DNA from: Eledone cirrhosa
Taxonomy: Eukaryota
Assembly: GCA_964016885.1 (NCBI GenBank)
Contig: OZ024741.1
Span: 354,640,001 to 354,704,000 of the forward strand
DNA: 64,000 nucleotides
Reading direction: 5' to 3'
The notes under the pieces are model-generated. The model was not told the origin of the DNA. It did no database searches and was given only the letters and a program-made list of their open reading frames with translations. This document shows positions 1 to 14,172 of the stretch, in pieces. The position numbers and the translations under genes are program-made. The stretch's first letter is position 1, and every line of letters begins with the position of its first letter.

Positions 1-384
1 TAATGAAAAATATTCGAATCGGATTTAAAAGATTATGTTAGGAAATTTTAGTAAAAATATATTTTATTATGTCTATATAATAAATTATGTGCTCCATACA
101 AAACGTCATAAGGGACTCCAAGTGGCTCATGCCTGACTTAAAACAAGGTGAACTCGATTATTTAAACTTAAGTGTTTCAGCCATGGACACACGTAACAAC
201 ATTGAGATAGCACGAAGAACCGACTCTACAGCAGTTTTTCCACTACCCTCTCAAGGGCAGTGATTCAAAACCTTTTCATTACTAAGTTCACTTAGCATCC
301 ACTCAAATCTGGCCGGCATGTCATATATGTATGCGTATGCATGCGAGCATAGAGCATTTAGGAGTTCAATGTTTGCCGGTGCGA

Positions 385-730
385 GGCGACGAATTGGTGG
401 AACCGTAAGAAAATCGGATAGAATGCTTTGCTGTATTTGGTCCGGTTCGGCGCACACTGAATTCAAATCCAGCCGAGGTCAACTTTATCTTTCATCCTTT
501 CGGGGGTGATAAAACCAGTATCAGTCCACTAATGGGACCGATTCTTCCTCTATATCTCTTTTTTGCCCCACCTCTCTCTCTTTCTCTGGAAAAAATCAGG
601 TGTGTTCAGACCTGGAGAAGGGATAGGCCCCGCCAGGTTTAAAGTGCCCAAGACGGCACACCTACGACTTCACCATGAGTTACGGCTCTATGCATACATA
701 TTTGCAGGGGATCGTGTAATGATGAATTCA
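385..730 (+). mobile_element. tRNA-derived SINE of the dominant family, with (CT)n and an extended 3' tail
   Basis: B-box-like gaattcaaatcc and core gccgaggtcaacttt..ctttcatcctttcgggg..gataaa shared with >20 copies; the tail (acctggagaagggataggc..gccaggtttaaa) recurs near 52610, 55750 and 62350. Confidence 0.7.
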
Positions 731-1238
731 TTTCCACTCTTTATTTGCGGTACTATGTAAGACCTTTCTTCTATGTATGTGTGTGTGCCTCAAGGAAATC
801 GTGTGAAGTTTATTGTCCAGCTGACTCACTGTCCAATTTAACACAGCAAACAAACAACAACCAGATAGTAGATATTTTAGTAAAATATTTAATAAATATT
901 TACCGTGTGTGTTGTTGCTTGGCAAATATGACAATGTCATCCGTGTTCAAAATGAATTTTCTCACAGACACCTGAATTTTGAAAGATCTGCATACTCAAT
1001 AAACTCACCCCTCATTCTCTGCTCCCACCTCGGAAGATCCAAAGACCACAGGTTGTGGGCCGCTCAACTAGAGGGTCTAACCCAGGGTCTCCCAAACTTT
1101 TTTGCGTCACCTATTACATGGAAAAATTTCCACCGCCCACCTGTATGGTAAATATTGAAAAGTATACCGAAAATGTTAGGTAAAAGTTCGTTACTGTTTC
1201 GTAAGCTGACTTTTTATGATGTAGTAAAAATACCAAGT

Positions 1239-1517
1239 GGAGGCGCGTGGCCTAGTGGTAAGGGTGTTGGACTTACAATCATAATGTGTGGGTTCGAATC
1301 CTGGACCGTGTTGTGTGTTGTGTTCTTGAAAAAAACACTTAATTTCACATTGCTCCAGTATACTCAGCTGAAAATGAGTACCAACAGTGGATACGGGTTT
1401 AACCCTGCAATTGACTGGCATCCTATCCAGGGAGGAGTCTTGTACTCTCAGTCGCTTAATGCCATGGAAACCAGGATAAGCACCAGCCCGATGAGCCTCC
1501 GGGCTCGAGACAGACTT
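1239..1517 (+). mobile_element. tRNA-derived SINE with V/Meta-like core, nested in the hAT element
   Basis: A box tggcctagtgg, B box ggttcgaatcc, core ccctgcaattgactggcatcctatccaggg..gaaaccaggataag; related copies at 11290-11538 (-) and 15324-15515 (+). Confidence 0.8.
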
Positions 1518-2899
1518 CACAAAAAACACCAAAGGGAGGTAACAAACAATACTGACTTAAAATGAGCTGGTTCTCTGAATAATGTTGCAAAATAATACTG
1601 TATTAAAGAACAAATGAAAGCAAACTTGACCATTTAAAACTGTATTTTATTAAATTTTATTATAATTAATTTTGTCGTTTAGGAAAAATATCACATTTTG
1701 AAGCAATCAGAGAAGTGGGTGTTTTGAAAAAATAAAATTGTATCAACAGTTCGACAAAACGGACAACACAATTGACTTTTGACAACCATCACACTGTAGT
1801 ATGGTACAAAAGCCTCACATAGTCATCATCATTATCAAGCCATAGTTGACGGAAATTTCGTTGAGACAAAGAATTCAATTTTAGTTTGTTCATAGTTTTA
1901 ATAGCTAAGTGCAGTACATCACTAAGATTACCGTGGATATTTTATGCCATAAAATGCTGCCGGTGAGCCATACAATGAACTGTTAAACAGTTCAAGTTTT
2001 AAGAGAGAAGAGAAATCTCTGTATCTACTTACCATAGCAGGCGCTCCATCAGATGCACAGGCACTAATATTGTTTAATGGAATGTTATGTTCATTAAAAA
2101 AATAACTTCAATAAATCTAAAATTCACCTTTTGAGTCAAGCAACTTGAACAGTATCACACAAGGTTGAATATTTACATTGAAAAAAAAAAAAAATACACC
2201 ATCACCGAGCATTGATTTTTCACAACTGTTGACTCATCAACTTGTACGAGAAATTCATAACTCCGGATATTATGGATAAGTTGATGTTTGACATTGGTGG
2301 TCATTTCATCTATACGCAAAGAAATTGCATTATTACTAAGTGGAATTGTCTTCATAATTGTGTCCGGCTTTTATACATTATAGTCAAGAAAACTTCTTCA
2401 ATAACAAGTGAAAGTAATGGTTCTCCTATCGTGTGGAACTAAGGTCTTTGTGACCAGAAACGCAATGCTGTATAATGCAATCAACCAATTACCTTGCTGT
2501 ATAGTTGCTTTCTGAAATTCCGAGATCAATGTTTTCTGCTTTTCGAATTAGGTCTTAAATTGTAAGAAATATGACAAAAGTTTTTCTTGTGGTCAGCATG
2601 CTTAAAATATAAATGATACTAAGCTTTGTTTCTTAATATTTAGTTGCACCTAATTCACATAGGTAATTGACTGCTCTGAGAAGTGATAAACCCATAAGAT
2701 AAATTAATGCAGTATTAACGACAACATGTCTTAAATGGAGACATTGGGTGTTTAAAAAATAGTACAATACACAGAGAAAATAGTTGGAACAATAGATAAC
2801 AAGTTATATTGTTACTCAAAGTCTGTCTTCAATAATTCACAAATACGAGAACACAAGAACGTTGCAATCACTTGGTGATCAATACAATCCAACAACTTC

Positions 2900-3120
2900 A
2901 AGTGGTTGTCTGTTTATATGAACATCCGCATTGAGCGGTGAGCTGGTCCCATCATGGAATTCTCATATTTTGTCTGGCATTGTCGTCCGTCCCTCTTTGT
3001 CTACGGCAAGTCGTCAGAGTTCTGTGTCAATTTTATGTATGATCTATTTATGCTGGTGAGTTTATCCTAAGTCACTTCTTAATTTTACTGGCAAAGTTGT
3101 TCTTGGTCTTCCCTTATCTG
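2900..3120 (-). mobile_element. 3' fragment of an RTE-like LINE nested in the hAT element
   Basis: minus-strand GRPRTTLPVKLRSDL..RLAVDK resembles RTE ORF C-termini. Confidence 0.4.
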
Positions 3121-3799
3121 ATTTATATCTGAAAACCAAAAAAAGAAAGGTTATTTCGTCCGGAGAACTATTTGAATGTTAATGACCTTTCTCAAAATTA
3201 TAGAAAATACCAAAATGTGTTATATCTTATCTAGAATTTTTTTTTAAATACAGGTTCTCTGTATATCTCCTTTGAATATTTTTTTGGGGTAGCATATGTT
3301 GAAATACCTTCTTAATACACAAAATCCTATATTGCCAATCGGTGGGCGATATCGTTGAAGTTGGGCAACCCTGGTCTAATCAATCAACATATTAAAAGAC
3401 AGTATTTATCAAGGATAATTTGGAATCGGTCGAAGTCTTCAACAGAGTTGTTGTTTAGTCGCATGTCAGCTCTGATCAAGCAGACTTATTATCAAAGACG
3501 TTCCAGTCGTTATTTTGTATATCAGACTACATTCTCCCACATGCACATGTGCATTTATTGGATCTGGGTCAAGCAATTTGAAAGGATTCCAGTGCATAAA
3601 CGTTAAAGGAATCTTGATCACGACAGTATTGACCAAGAGTTCGTCAATACATTGCCATTGACTCCTTTAGTAGATAATTCCCTGGTAGATGAAACAAGGC
3701 CATTGTATGAAGGTGGTGTCTTTATAATGGCAGCAACTACACAGGAGGATTTAACTTAGGACAGCAAACAAACTAAACACTTGTCGTCTACGTGGATTT

Positions 3800-3857
3800 A
3801 GAAGAAGAAGAAGAAGAAGAAGAAGAAGAAGAAGAAGAAGAAGAAGAAGAAGAAGAA
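3800..3857 (+). repeat. (GAA)n microsatellite
   Basis: perfect trinucleotide run. Confidence 0.95.
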
Positions 3858-4222
3858 TGTTGTTCTTAACTTTGAACGAAACCTTACACGATACAGAAAT
3901 ATCCCACAACCCACTGCACTAAAAGGGAAAACCAACAATTAAAAACAGAAATAAGAAAAAGGCTAGACAAGGATATTTGTGTGGAATTACTACTGTTGAT
4001 GTTGGTCGAGTTTATGTTGTGATTGCGTCAAAGGTATTCCCCAACAACTCTGTTCTCATGGCACAGTTTGGAATGAGCGCTAGACATATCAGGCGCTCAA
4101 TGCACTGTTGACTGATTATTTTTATTTTTGTCATCTTTACCACCCATATTCTGAGACTAATTCCCATTTCCATACGCCCACATGTTCACATGTGTATTAT
4201 AATATGAATCCCATGCCGGCGT

Positions 4223-4320
<98 letters not shown>

Positions 4321-4367
4321 GTCGGCATGGGCCTCATATATATATATATATACACGTCGGCATGGGA

Positions 4368-4406
<39 letters not shown>

Positions 4407-4476
4407 GACGTAAATAAGAAAGTTATGAAAATTGACTTACTTACTAAAATTACACTTCGGTAGATATATTAAAATT

Positions 4477-4517
<41 letters not shown>

Positions 4518-4518
<1 letters not shown>

Positions 4519-5080
4519 TAGCAGTGGTACCCGGCGTTGCATGGGATAAGTTATTGTGAAATATAAAACCGCCTTAGCTAAACTTAGTATTGCCACAACC
4601 ACGGCTGGCAAAGAAGTAAGGGTCTGGTGGTACGTAAGTAAGCAACACTGTGGCTTAAAACGTGAGGAAGAAGTTGTGTGCACTTACCAACTGTTTGGGG
4701 AATGAGTGTGAGATTTGTCTTGAGCAAGGGTGGCAGAATAACCGGAGGCAGCAGACAGCCAGACATACAGACAGATATTATAAGGGCGCGTTCTGGACGC
4801 AGAGCGAATTGTAGGAAGTGACGTAATGCAGACAGCCAGACATACAGACAGATATTATAAGGGCGCGACGTTATATGTATGTATCTATCTAAAAAGAGAA
4901 AGACTAAGAATTATAGAGAGAGATTGCTAAATCGCCTAATGCGAAATTTGAAATTTTTTTTGCTCAGAACACTCCCTGAAACATAAGCATTACATGTGTA
5001 AAGTTTGAAACAGTCGGTTGGGTGCTTCTCTAGTTTTAGGAACAGTGACAGTCTCACTTACTTTAAATTTTCAGCAAACA
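4518..5080 (-). mobile_element. non-autonomous Helitron-like element (3' end at 4518; 5' limit approximate)
   Basis: minus strand ends with GC-rich hairpin (cccatgcaacgccggg)..CTAG in a TA run; 4820-5040 is similar to 21840-22075. Confidence 0.65.
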
Positions 5081-5412
5081 GGGGAGATAAAGCTGACAGA
5101 GCTATGTTTCGTACTGATTGGTACTTATCAAAGCCAAGTACTCCACCTGTTTGATGAAAATAATGAATGTTTGATTCTTATAGAATTTCTAGTAATAATC
5201 AGGAACTGATTATACAGAGCGGTTGCTGGTCAAGCAGAAATTGAAAATTAGAATTGGCGCTCTGAAATAGCGATATATATATGAATGTATATATAGTGTA
5301 TTTTGCAATACACCGTATGCTTAATTAAAAGCATTTCGAAGACCTTATGCTATTGTTTTAGAGTAGTCACTACTCTAAAACAATAGCATAAGGTCTTCGA
5401 AATGCTTTTAAT

Positions 5413-5458
<46 letters not shown>

Positions 5459-5471
5459 TCGAAATGCTTTT

Positions 5472-5517
<46 letters not shown>

Positions 5518-5739
5518 TATAACGAAGGAAGTGTGGTAAGGAACCAGGTGGACCATAACGCACCAGAGTACTCAATACTTAGGGTAGTAGAGTGGGTAAT
5601 AGGAAAATGTTCAAGACCCCAACGGCAGAGCTCAAGCTTATATTAACATACTTTTGTTCATAGCTTCGTACATACATGCACACACACTCTTTTACTCACA
5701 TATACACACACATTTCTTTTTAGCTTCGTACGGACGTAT

Positions 5740-5820
<81 letters not shown>

Positions 5821-6689
5821 ATTACGTACGTGCTCAAGTATAACTCTTTTTACAAAACATTTTTTTTTCCATTTCAGGTAGACGCGCTCCATCATCCACT
5901 TTTCTAAAAAATAAATCATACACAAAACGCCAGCACCAACAATTTGCAAGAGATGTGAACGTGAATAGACCTATTATTTTTATCTAAAGACATTTTTTCC
6001 AATTCCAACCCGCCCGACCCCTCAATCTATCTTATTTCTCATTCTTTCTTCCGATGTAGGACTAGAGTCCGAAACGTTAAGACCCTCTTCCTGCTATATC
6101 AAGCGTTAACCTAATATATCCCTTCCATATACTGTACCGAGTACCGATTGTCTTGTTATTTCTGTTTACCTTTTACATACATAGATATTTAACAGAAAGG
6201 TATGGAGTATCATATATGTTAGATTGTATATATATTTTAAAGGAGCATTTCATACTCAAATACTCCTGCGTCGAAGGTCAACATTTTAACAGTATTATAT
6301 AGATGTAGTGATGTAATAGTTATAGATTATTTATTAACAAAGGTTGAGCTGTGTAGAACTGAGTAGAGCTGATATGCCAAGAGAAATAAAACAAACGAAT
6401 TAAGATTTCAGAAAGGCATGGTCTACTGGCTGCAGTGTTGCCAGGCCGTGGTTAAGTTGTTGTGTTACATAATGTGTTGTTATTTCTGCTTACCTTTTAC
6501 ATACATACACATATATATATGGGGAGATTCATATTATTGTAATACTATTGCCAGAAATAATAACAGAACACACTCACTGTTTGGTTGGTTTTCGCTTCTG
6601 CATCTTTTATATCTCCATAGTTAATTCATTTGGCCATCAATGTTTATGATGACCAAATTGATGGCGTGTCGTGAAAAAAAGCTATCAGT

Positions 6690-7290
6690 TTTAATCGACG
6701 GAAGAACCCTTCAATCTCGGCATGTGTGCGGAACTCGTCGTAGGTAGATGTGGTTGGTATAAAACGCAAAACACGGGCGAGGAAGGAGCGCTCAGCTTCG
6801 GAGAGTGGTAGGTCTTGGGGTATTGTGACTACAGCGCAGGGACGTGAGGGAGTGAAAGAGGCAGAGGGTCAAGGTGGTTGGGCAAAGCGTGTGCAGATGC
6901 AGTGGTGGGGAGACGAAAGGGGGTGGTAGGTGATGGGATAGAGGGGTTAGGGTTGGAGGTGATATGAGTATGGATGGTGACAGCAGGCGGAGAGCGGAGA
7001 AAGTCGAGTTTGTGGATTTTTACGGAAGTGAGGAAATTGAAAAGGAGGCGATTGAGGTAAAGGATGAATTGGATAATGGATTGTGCGAGGAAAGGGTGGC
7101 AAGTGGAGGAGAGATGGAGGTAGGCCGAGAGAACGGATTTGGGCGAGAGTTGATCGAATGGTCGCCCACATGAGTTGGCGAGGAGAGCGGGTAAGGATGG
7201 GCTCAGTGGTGGGAGCAGAGTAAGAGGTGGGTGAAATTGAGGCGGAAAACGCGGGGAATGAGGTGGTGGTGGAGACAGCGACTTAAAAAT
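6690..7290 (-). mobile_element. Penelope-like element, N-terminal ORF fragment
   Basis: minus-strand VVTIPQDLPLSEAERSFLARVLRFIPTTSTYDEFRTHAEIEGFFRRL matches the pre-RT region of PLE proteins. Confidence 0.6.
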
Positions 7291-7477
7291 GTGCGTGTGT
7301 GTGTGTGTGTTTGTCTTTATTCAATATATACATGACTTCTATAGGACTAGAACTGTTTCATTCGTGTGAAATCAACAGGAATGCCCCTGATGTTTTCCTA
7401 TATTAAATAATGATGTTTACATTCTACTAATATATTGAGTACCCTTTTAACTGTGGCTATCCCCGACTTCACTAGGG

Positions 7478-7563
<86 letters not shown>

Positions 7564-7656
7564 GTATGTATACATGGATGTAAACGGATTTACGCGGCGG
7601 ACAAAATGGCGTGCAGTATTTCTTCTAGTTCTTTCATGCTTTCTAATTATTAGTTT

Positions 7657-7862
7657 CTAATTTAGGCACATAACCAGCAAATTTTAGTAGAGTAAGCGCA
7701 AAGTAGATTAAATCAACCCCAGTAATTGACTGGTATTTTTTTCATCAACCATAGAAGGATGAAAGGCAAACTTGACAGTGGCAGGATTTAAACTCAGAAT
7801 ATAAGCCAGAACAAGTACCTCAATGGCAGTCTATCCTACGCTCTCTGCCACTACATCACCTT
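7657..7862 (-). mobile_element. dominant-family SINE
   Basis: reverse-complement core gaaggatgaaaggcaaacttgac..ggatttaaactcagaa. Confidence 0.7.
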
Positions 7863-8089
7863 TATATATGCTTTATAATTATTGAAAATATATATGTATT
7901 ATAATTATTTTGGGGGTCTCTGCAGAATGTTGAACTCATAACGATTCTGCTAATCCACCACTCAGAACCAATAGTTACTTTATTTGTCGAATTATTAAAT
8001 GTTTCGAAGTAAAAGTTAAAACTGTGTTCTTATTTTTTTTAAATATCTAATTTTACATAATGGTTTGTACTTTTGGTACTTTATTTTAT

Positions 8090-8435
8090 TCACAAAGTTG
8101 AATAAATATGAAAAAGAAAAATGAAAGCAAAATTAAGTAATAAAAAAAGGGGAAGGGGTAAAAAAGTGCAGATCTGGCTGTATGGGAAAGTAGAGAAAAG
8201 GACTATAAATACCATAAATGAGAGGAAAAGGAGGGAAAAAGCAAGGACTCTTGGGCCATAGAAGAAAGGGAGGGGTAAGATGAGAGGGTGATGATCTTGG
8301 CCTAGGGTGAGGTGGTGTTTGGGCTGCGCCTCGCAGACAAAGCTCAAAGGCATTTCCGCGGACAATGGCCAGCGACACCCGCTGCAACAGCCAACCCACC
8401 ACGCGGGAATCCTTCCCTAGGCGAGCTACTGACAT
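8090..8435 (-). mobile_element. 3' end of a restriction-like-endonuclease (CRE-type) non-LTR retrotransposon
   Basis: minus-strand GKDSRVVGWLLQRVSLAIVRGNA matches the C-terminal QR-S-A--RGNA motif of CRE-clade elements, followed by a pyrimidine-rich 3' UTR. Confidence 0.65.
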
Positions 8436-8608
8436 TCAGATTTTGCGGCAGAGCTCGACAGTACGCTGTCCGAGGACGCCTGGTGTCTCGACGGCGACCG
8501 GTGGGAAGTGGAAGCGGCCGGGCAATCCCCGGTATTTATTTGTCTTCCTGTCCTCTGCATTGCGGACCGCACAGTACGGAGCTTCTTATTATATTAAATG
8601 TTTTTTCA

Positions 8609-8683
<75 letters not shown>

Positions 8684-9870
8684 GTGCGTGTGCGTGTGTT
8701 AATTTATGTGAGATAAAAAAGGATTACTCACACGAACCACGGTTTCGTTCGGTCAATCGACAGTGCACCACAACAAAGTTTAAGATAAGAAAATAGCTAA
8801 CTAACAAACAAAAATAAATATCTGAGGAAATTAATGCCTACATACGTAAGAAAAAACAACGATCTATAGAGATCCCATTGCAGTCATCGTAAGTTAGTTA
8901 TTATCAGTGGGATTGACAACTCTATTTGAGTGTGTTGGTCGTGGATTTTAAGAAACACGAGAGACGTAGTTAGTTGACCCACTCTGTCTTATCGAATCTG
9001 TTATCTAAAAGCCATCCACAAACTGCCGTACACAACACATATCGACTCTATCTATCTCTCTCACGCAGACACACGCGCACATACATATACATACAAATGC
9101 ACACACACAGACACATACGTATATACATGCAAGTATATTTCTTTATTTTATTTGTTGTTTATTACAAACGATTTGAATCTCTAAAAGATAAAATCAGTCG
9201 CTGGGTGTTTTCTACTTTTGGAGGATTTCTTAATAAAATAGATTAAATTTTCAGAACCCAAAAAAAAAATCTTACATAAAAATATAACCACCACCACCAC
9301 CTTCACCATCACCAACAACAACAGCAACCAAAACCATTATAACAACGATGACGACAGAACAAACGAAGACGCAAAAGAGAAGGTGGAGATGGCCATCTCT
9401 GTTTTCTTTAAAGGCGTCTCTCAATTTTACAGAGCTAGATCGCAGCAAGATGGTTGACGTTGTCGGCTGCTTTTAAACTCATTAGCTTGCATTCCTTTGG
9501 TAGAAAAACACGTTAAAAACAAAGACGGGAATATAGAAGCTGGTTGTCTTAGCTTTATAATATGTATCAATTATATACGTAACTAATACCGTTAACTGCT
9601 TTAACTTGAATACATACAAATCTACACAAATCCAATGTTGTCCACGAACTGAAACAAAAGTAATCCATTAACCTACTTTCAACCCCATTCACCTGACTCA
9701 TACCGCACAAGAAAAAGTAAAAAGTCATACGCGTCCTTCAAATATTTTGTTTCAGATGTACGTTATGAAATTTCAGTTACAAATGAGCTACTGGTCGCTT
9801 CGTTTATTATCTTTAACCATGGATGTTTCTGACGAGGTATGGAATTTCTTTTATATTATATTTTGTTGTA

Positions 9871-10088
9871 AGGACGGTGGATTAGCAGAATCGGTAGAGC
9901 GTCGGACAAAATGCTTTGCGGTGTTTAGTTACGGTTTTTTACGTTCTGAGTTCAAATTCTGCCGTGGTCAACTTTGCCTGTCTTCCTTCCGAGGTCAATA
10001 AAATTAAGCAGCAGTCAAGCACTGAGGTCAATTTAATCCCCCCCCCCTCCCGTTCCGAATTGCTGATCTTGTGCCAAAATTAGAAATT
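9871..10088 (+). mobile_element. dominant-family SINE, near full length
   Basis: head tagcagaatcggtagagcgtcggac, B box gagttcaaattc, tail ttgctgatcttgtgccaaaattagaaa. Confidence 0.8.
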
Positions 10089-10122
10089 ATATATATTCTG
10101 TTGTTGTAAAGAAGAGCATTAC

Positions 10123-10324
10123 CATTACCGGATTTACTATTGTACTTAGGTGTGCTTAAGCACAGGGCCCCGTTAGCCCGGGGGGGGGGGGGGAATCTTC
10201 CTGTCCCCCGGCAAAAAAAAAAAAAATACGATGAATTTTTCAAATGTTTTTCAAATGTCAAACGTTCAAAGAAGCCTCATAACTGAACGTGCGCAGGGCC
10301 TCATTTGTCCTAAATCCGGTACTG
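10123..10324. mobile_element. MITE, probably hAT-type
   Basis: TIR cattaccggattta / taaatccggtactg; flanking 8-mers agcattac/ggctttac (6/8 match). Confidence 0.55.
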
Positions 10325-10439
10325 GGCTTTACGTTGGCAGAATCGTCAGTGAGTCGGATGAAATAATGTATTGCAGTATTACGTTACGGCTCTCTACGTT
10401 CTAAATTAGAAATCCTTACATTCCGTTGTTGTCGCTCCC

Positions 10440-10830
10440 GGGCGCCCATCAACCAATCAAGTGCCATGCTGTTCAGCGTAGGCCATCATGTTTCTCCATT
10501 CTGTATGGTCTCTACCTATCTGGATTGTAGTTGTTGACATCTATATCATTAACCTAGATGTTCAACCCATCCCATCCATTAATATTAAACTTTGTTGTGG
10601 TTTACTGTCTTCTCTGTCACTAGCCAAGATGTTAACTCACCCATTAGTTCTAATCTTTGTCTATTTCTATTAAAATCAATTAAGCTTCTTTTTGTTACAA
10701 GACGTTTCAGGGGCTCTCTTCTTATTATATGCCCAAAGAATTCTGTCTATTGTTTCTTGATGGCGTTCAATAATTCCCTCCTTTTCTTTTGCTCTTTTTT
10801 TCTAACACTTCTTCATTTGAATAGTAATAT
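10440..10830 (-). mobile_element. RTE LINE 3' fragment
   Basis: minus-strand ..IGRDHTEWRNMMAYAEQHGT* typical of RTE C-termini. Confidence 0.5.
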
Positions 10831-11289
10831 TTCGCCGTCGCCACCACTATCATCACCATTACCTCCACCACAAACATACATCATGATCTTCAATTATATA
10901 TCAACGATGTTGATAGTGTCGCCGTTGTTATTGTTATAACCTAATGTAACTGTATCCTGTATGAGCTAGATAAACAGTAATTACGTAAACCATAGTGAAT
11001 GAGATTAAGAAAACATATCTTTAACATCGACAAGTTAGCGATAGTTATAACTGAGACGAAATTTATTTACGCTATCTTGATGTATTTTCTCATTTCTCAA
11101 TGACTCAATCGCAACTATTTTTCTCATGCTTTCAGCGTTTCACATCTAGGAGTAAATATTTTATTCATAATCAGCACACTGTTGCTGTAATTGCAAGCCA
11201 TTCTACTTAGTCCAGCAGCATTGTAACCGTTGCCTTCCAGATTTAAGATTTGCATGCTTGCATGCATACTCTCGCGCGTTGCAAGCAGC

Positions 11290-11538
11290 GTATTGAGTCG
11301 GTGCTTATCTCGGTTTCATGGCGTGTATCGATTGAGAGTCCCTCCTGGACATGACGCCAGTACATCGCAGGGTTAAACCTCCAGCTATTATTGCTGGTGC
11401 TCATTTTCAGCTGGGTATACTGGAGCAACGTGAAATGAAGTGTTTTGTTCAAGAACACAACACGCAACCCAGCCCAGGGATCGAACCCACGACATTACGA
11501 TCGTAAGTCCAACACCCTTACCACTAGGCTACGTGCCT
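11290..11538 (-). mobile_element. V/Meta-core SINE (same family as 1239-1517)
   Basis: reverse complement of that family's head and core. Confidence 0.75.
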
Positions 11539-11657
11539 TCATATTTAAGGTTTGGGAGGATAGATTTATTTCTGATGTTACGTGGCAAGACAACAGCTTG
11601 TATGTACCCCCAACAACAAAAATATGCTACCTGTATTTTGGCAACATAATGGTTTGT

Positions 11658-11862
11658 ATTTTAGGCGCAATGCCAGTAATGGTAGGGGAGGAGAAGTCAA
11701 TTGCATCGATCCAGTACTTGATTGGTACTTTATTTTATCGTCTCGGGAAGGATGAAAGGCGAAGTTGACGCCGGTGGGATTAAAACTCAGAGCATAAAAA
11801 GCTGGAATTACATACCGCAAAGCATGTCCGACGCTCTACCGATTCTGCTAGTCCACCACCAT
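11658..11862 (-). mobile_element. dominant-family SINE
   Basis: ggtactttattttatcg..aaggatgaaaggcgaagttgac. Confidence 0.75.
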
Positions 11863-11899
11863 TGTGTTCAGGTGACATCATAAGAAGCGAGGGTGGCCA

Positions 11900-12365
11900 G
11901 GCTCATTTCTCCCTCGCCGTAGCTTTATGCCTGAAGTGATGAAATACCTAGATAAGGAGTTGTTGTCATTCAAGGTTCCTTTTATAATCGACAATAATAC
12001 CGGCCATCCCAAATCGCTAATGTACGAGGATGTACATATTGAAGAGCTGTTCTTGCCTCCAAACACAATATCACTGTTGTAACCATATAATTAAGGCATT
12101 ATGAAGCGTGTGAAGATGACGTGGATCCTCTTTGCATTTTTTTAGGATGCTAACCCAGATTGCAACATCATGAATTTATGGAACAGCTGCTTCACAATTG
12201 TGGATACAATTGAACTTATTGCTGAGTCTGTTGATGATCTAAAGACCGAAATTTTCAATGCCTTTTGGAAGGCAAGATGGAGCGAGACTATAAATGACTT
12301 CAAGCGTTTTCCCTATAATCTGTAGAGAAGTGAAGGAGATTTTGCAGTTGCAAAGGATGTTAATA
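11900..12365 (+). mobile_element. Tigger/pogo transposase fragment (pseudogenised)
   Basis: FKVPFIIDNNTGHP..LFLPPNTISLL*PYN*GIMK matches the DDE_1 motifs DNA-GHP and FLPPNTTSL-QP-DQG. Confidence 0.75.
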
Positions 12366-13104
12366 TATAATTCAAAGAACACATTCACCTCACTTCCACT
12401 GCCCCAAACCCATAAAATGTAGATGTTTGATATAATAAATAAAAATTCAACCACAACAACACCACATGTGTGTTTACACACACACACACACGCGCGCGCG
12501 CATATATATATACATCAGGATTAAACCAGTATTAAACTAGTAAGATCATTATTCAACAGAGTACTCAATACTTGGGATAATAGAGTGTGACCATATTAGA
12601 AAGAGTCGGTGCCCGACTCATGCCGTTTCGACAGCTAATTCCAGTCTGTTGACAAAACTACTTGCAGTGGATTGGACATATCATCAGAGGCATGGCTTAG
12701 GTGATTGACGTGGCAGTAAAATGATAAGCTATCCATATAAGGGTAAGGGTTCTTTATAGGTTGTGAAAGAAAGGTTTTTAAATAAATTCATTATATTATC
12801 ATGATGGCGATGAACTTGTTTTGCGAGGTTTTTGATATGAAACAAATATTGTTATACTTGGGGAAGATCATATTGTTGTAATAATAACAGAACACACTCA
12901 CTGTTTGGTTGGTTTTCGCTTCTGTATCTTTCATATCTCCACAGTTAATTCATTCGGTCCTCATCTATCTATCTATATATATTTTATATATTTTTTTATT
13001 TTCCGGGAGTGGTTGTGTGAGTGTCTGCGCAACTGTGTGTTTCATTACTTATGTGGGGTTGGGTAAGAAAAACTGTGGTATTGTAGTGGTGAGGGGAAAA
13101 TGTG

Positions 13105-14090
13105 GCTGAGTTTGCCATTCTGTGTCACGTTGAATCTACCTAGAACTACGTTAAGGGTACGCATGTCTGTGGCATGCTCAGCCAATAGTACGTTAATTTC
13201 AGGAGCATGCTGTTCTGTTGATCGTATCAACTAAAACATTCGTCGTCGTGACCGACAGAGCGCCCCCCCCCCCCCACACACACACGTACTCACATACACA
13301 CAATGCATTTTCTATCACAGTCAAGCTGCTGCTACAATAAGATGTTCGCTTCCCAATCAAAAGGTCCTGGCTCCTAATGTTACATTCATACCTGTACATG
13401 TCGTGTGTAGTTATTTTTTTCCTAAGTGAATCCTATATGTTGCATGTACATATATGCTGAACATTTATGTAATTATAGCATTCTTAAGTTTCATCTCTTC
13501 CGCGCTCCAGTAAATAACATAAACCAATGGGTTTCTCTTATGCAAACCATTAATTTATCAAAACGCAAATTTCACTGTTTGTATGATTGTTCATATATCC
13601 GGTAATCTTGGTATATATTGCATACCAATCCAGGACTAAAAAAAAAGGAATACATTCAACGCTATTGCTGTCATTATTGACGACACAGGTCCACTAGATA
13701 CAAATAGAAAATATATAAAGAAACAAATTAGTGCATTGAAATATGTAAGAAGTTTTTACAATATTTTTCAAAAAATGTAGGTTTTTAAGATAAATGAACT
13801 TACTTTGAGCATCGGAACGGCTTATTCGTTAAATTATTGTGAAAGTGGATTAATATTTCACAGACACGTATACCTTTAATGTAATCATCATGAAGATTCG
13901 ATGTGACACTGACAAGGCAAGCCCTTTAAATTAGAGGCACACTCCTACTGGTGGTCTTCCAAGCAATTTCAGCCAACCAAATTTTACTCACAAAGCACTT
14001 ACCCAAGATATCACTCAATGGGACCGAATCTGATTCCTCGTGATTGTGAAACGAACTTCTTCACAAATTAACTATGCTGCGTCCTGTAGC

Positions 14091-14172
<82 letters not shown>

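Larger units (their letters stand above)
1083..3373 (-). mobile_element. decayed hAT DNA transposon, Charlie/Buster (ZBED5/SCAND3-like) type
   Basis: TIRs CAGGGTCTCCCAAAC (1083) and GTTGGGCAACCCTG (ends 3373); 8-bp TSD GTCTAACC/GTCTAATC; minus-strand peptide KTIPLSNNAISLRIDEM..QVDEST (2173-2355) typical of Buster transposases; many stops and frameshifts. Confidence 0.85.

Noticed and set aside
1239-1312. tRNA gene
   Set aside because: A/B boxes run straight into a SINE core, and no intact cloverleaf is evident
6047-6082. Hammerhead at a PLE-like 3' end (ccgatgta-ggact ag agtcc-gaaacgtta)
   Set aside because: Core mutated; counted only as a decayed copy
12615-12697. Minus-strand CTGATGA..GAAAC with catgcc/ggcatg pairing
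   Set aside because: No stem III or cleavage triplet, and stem II does not close
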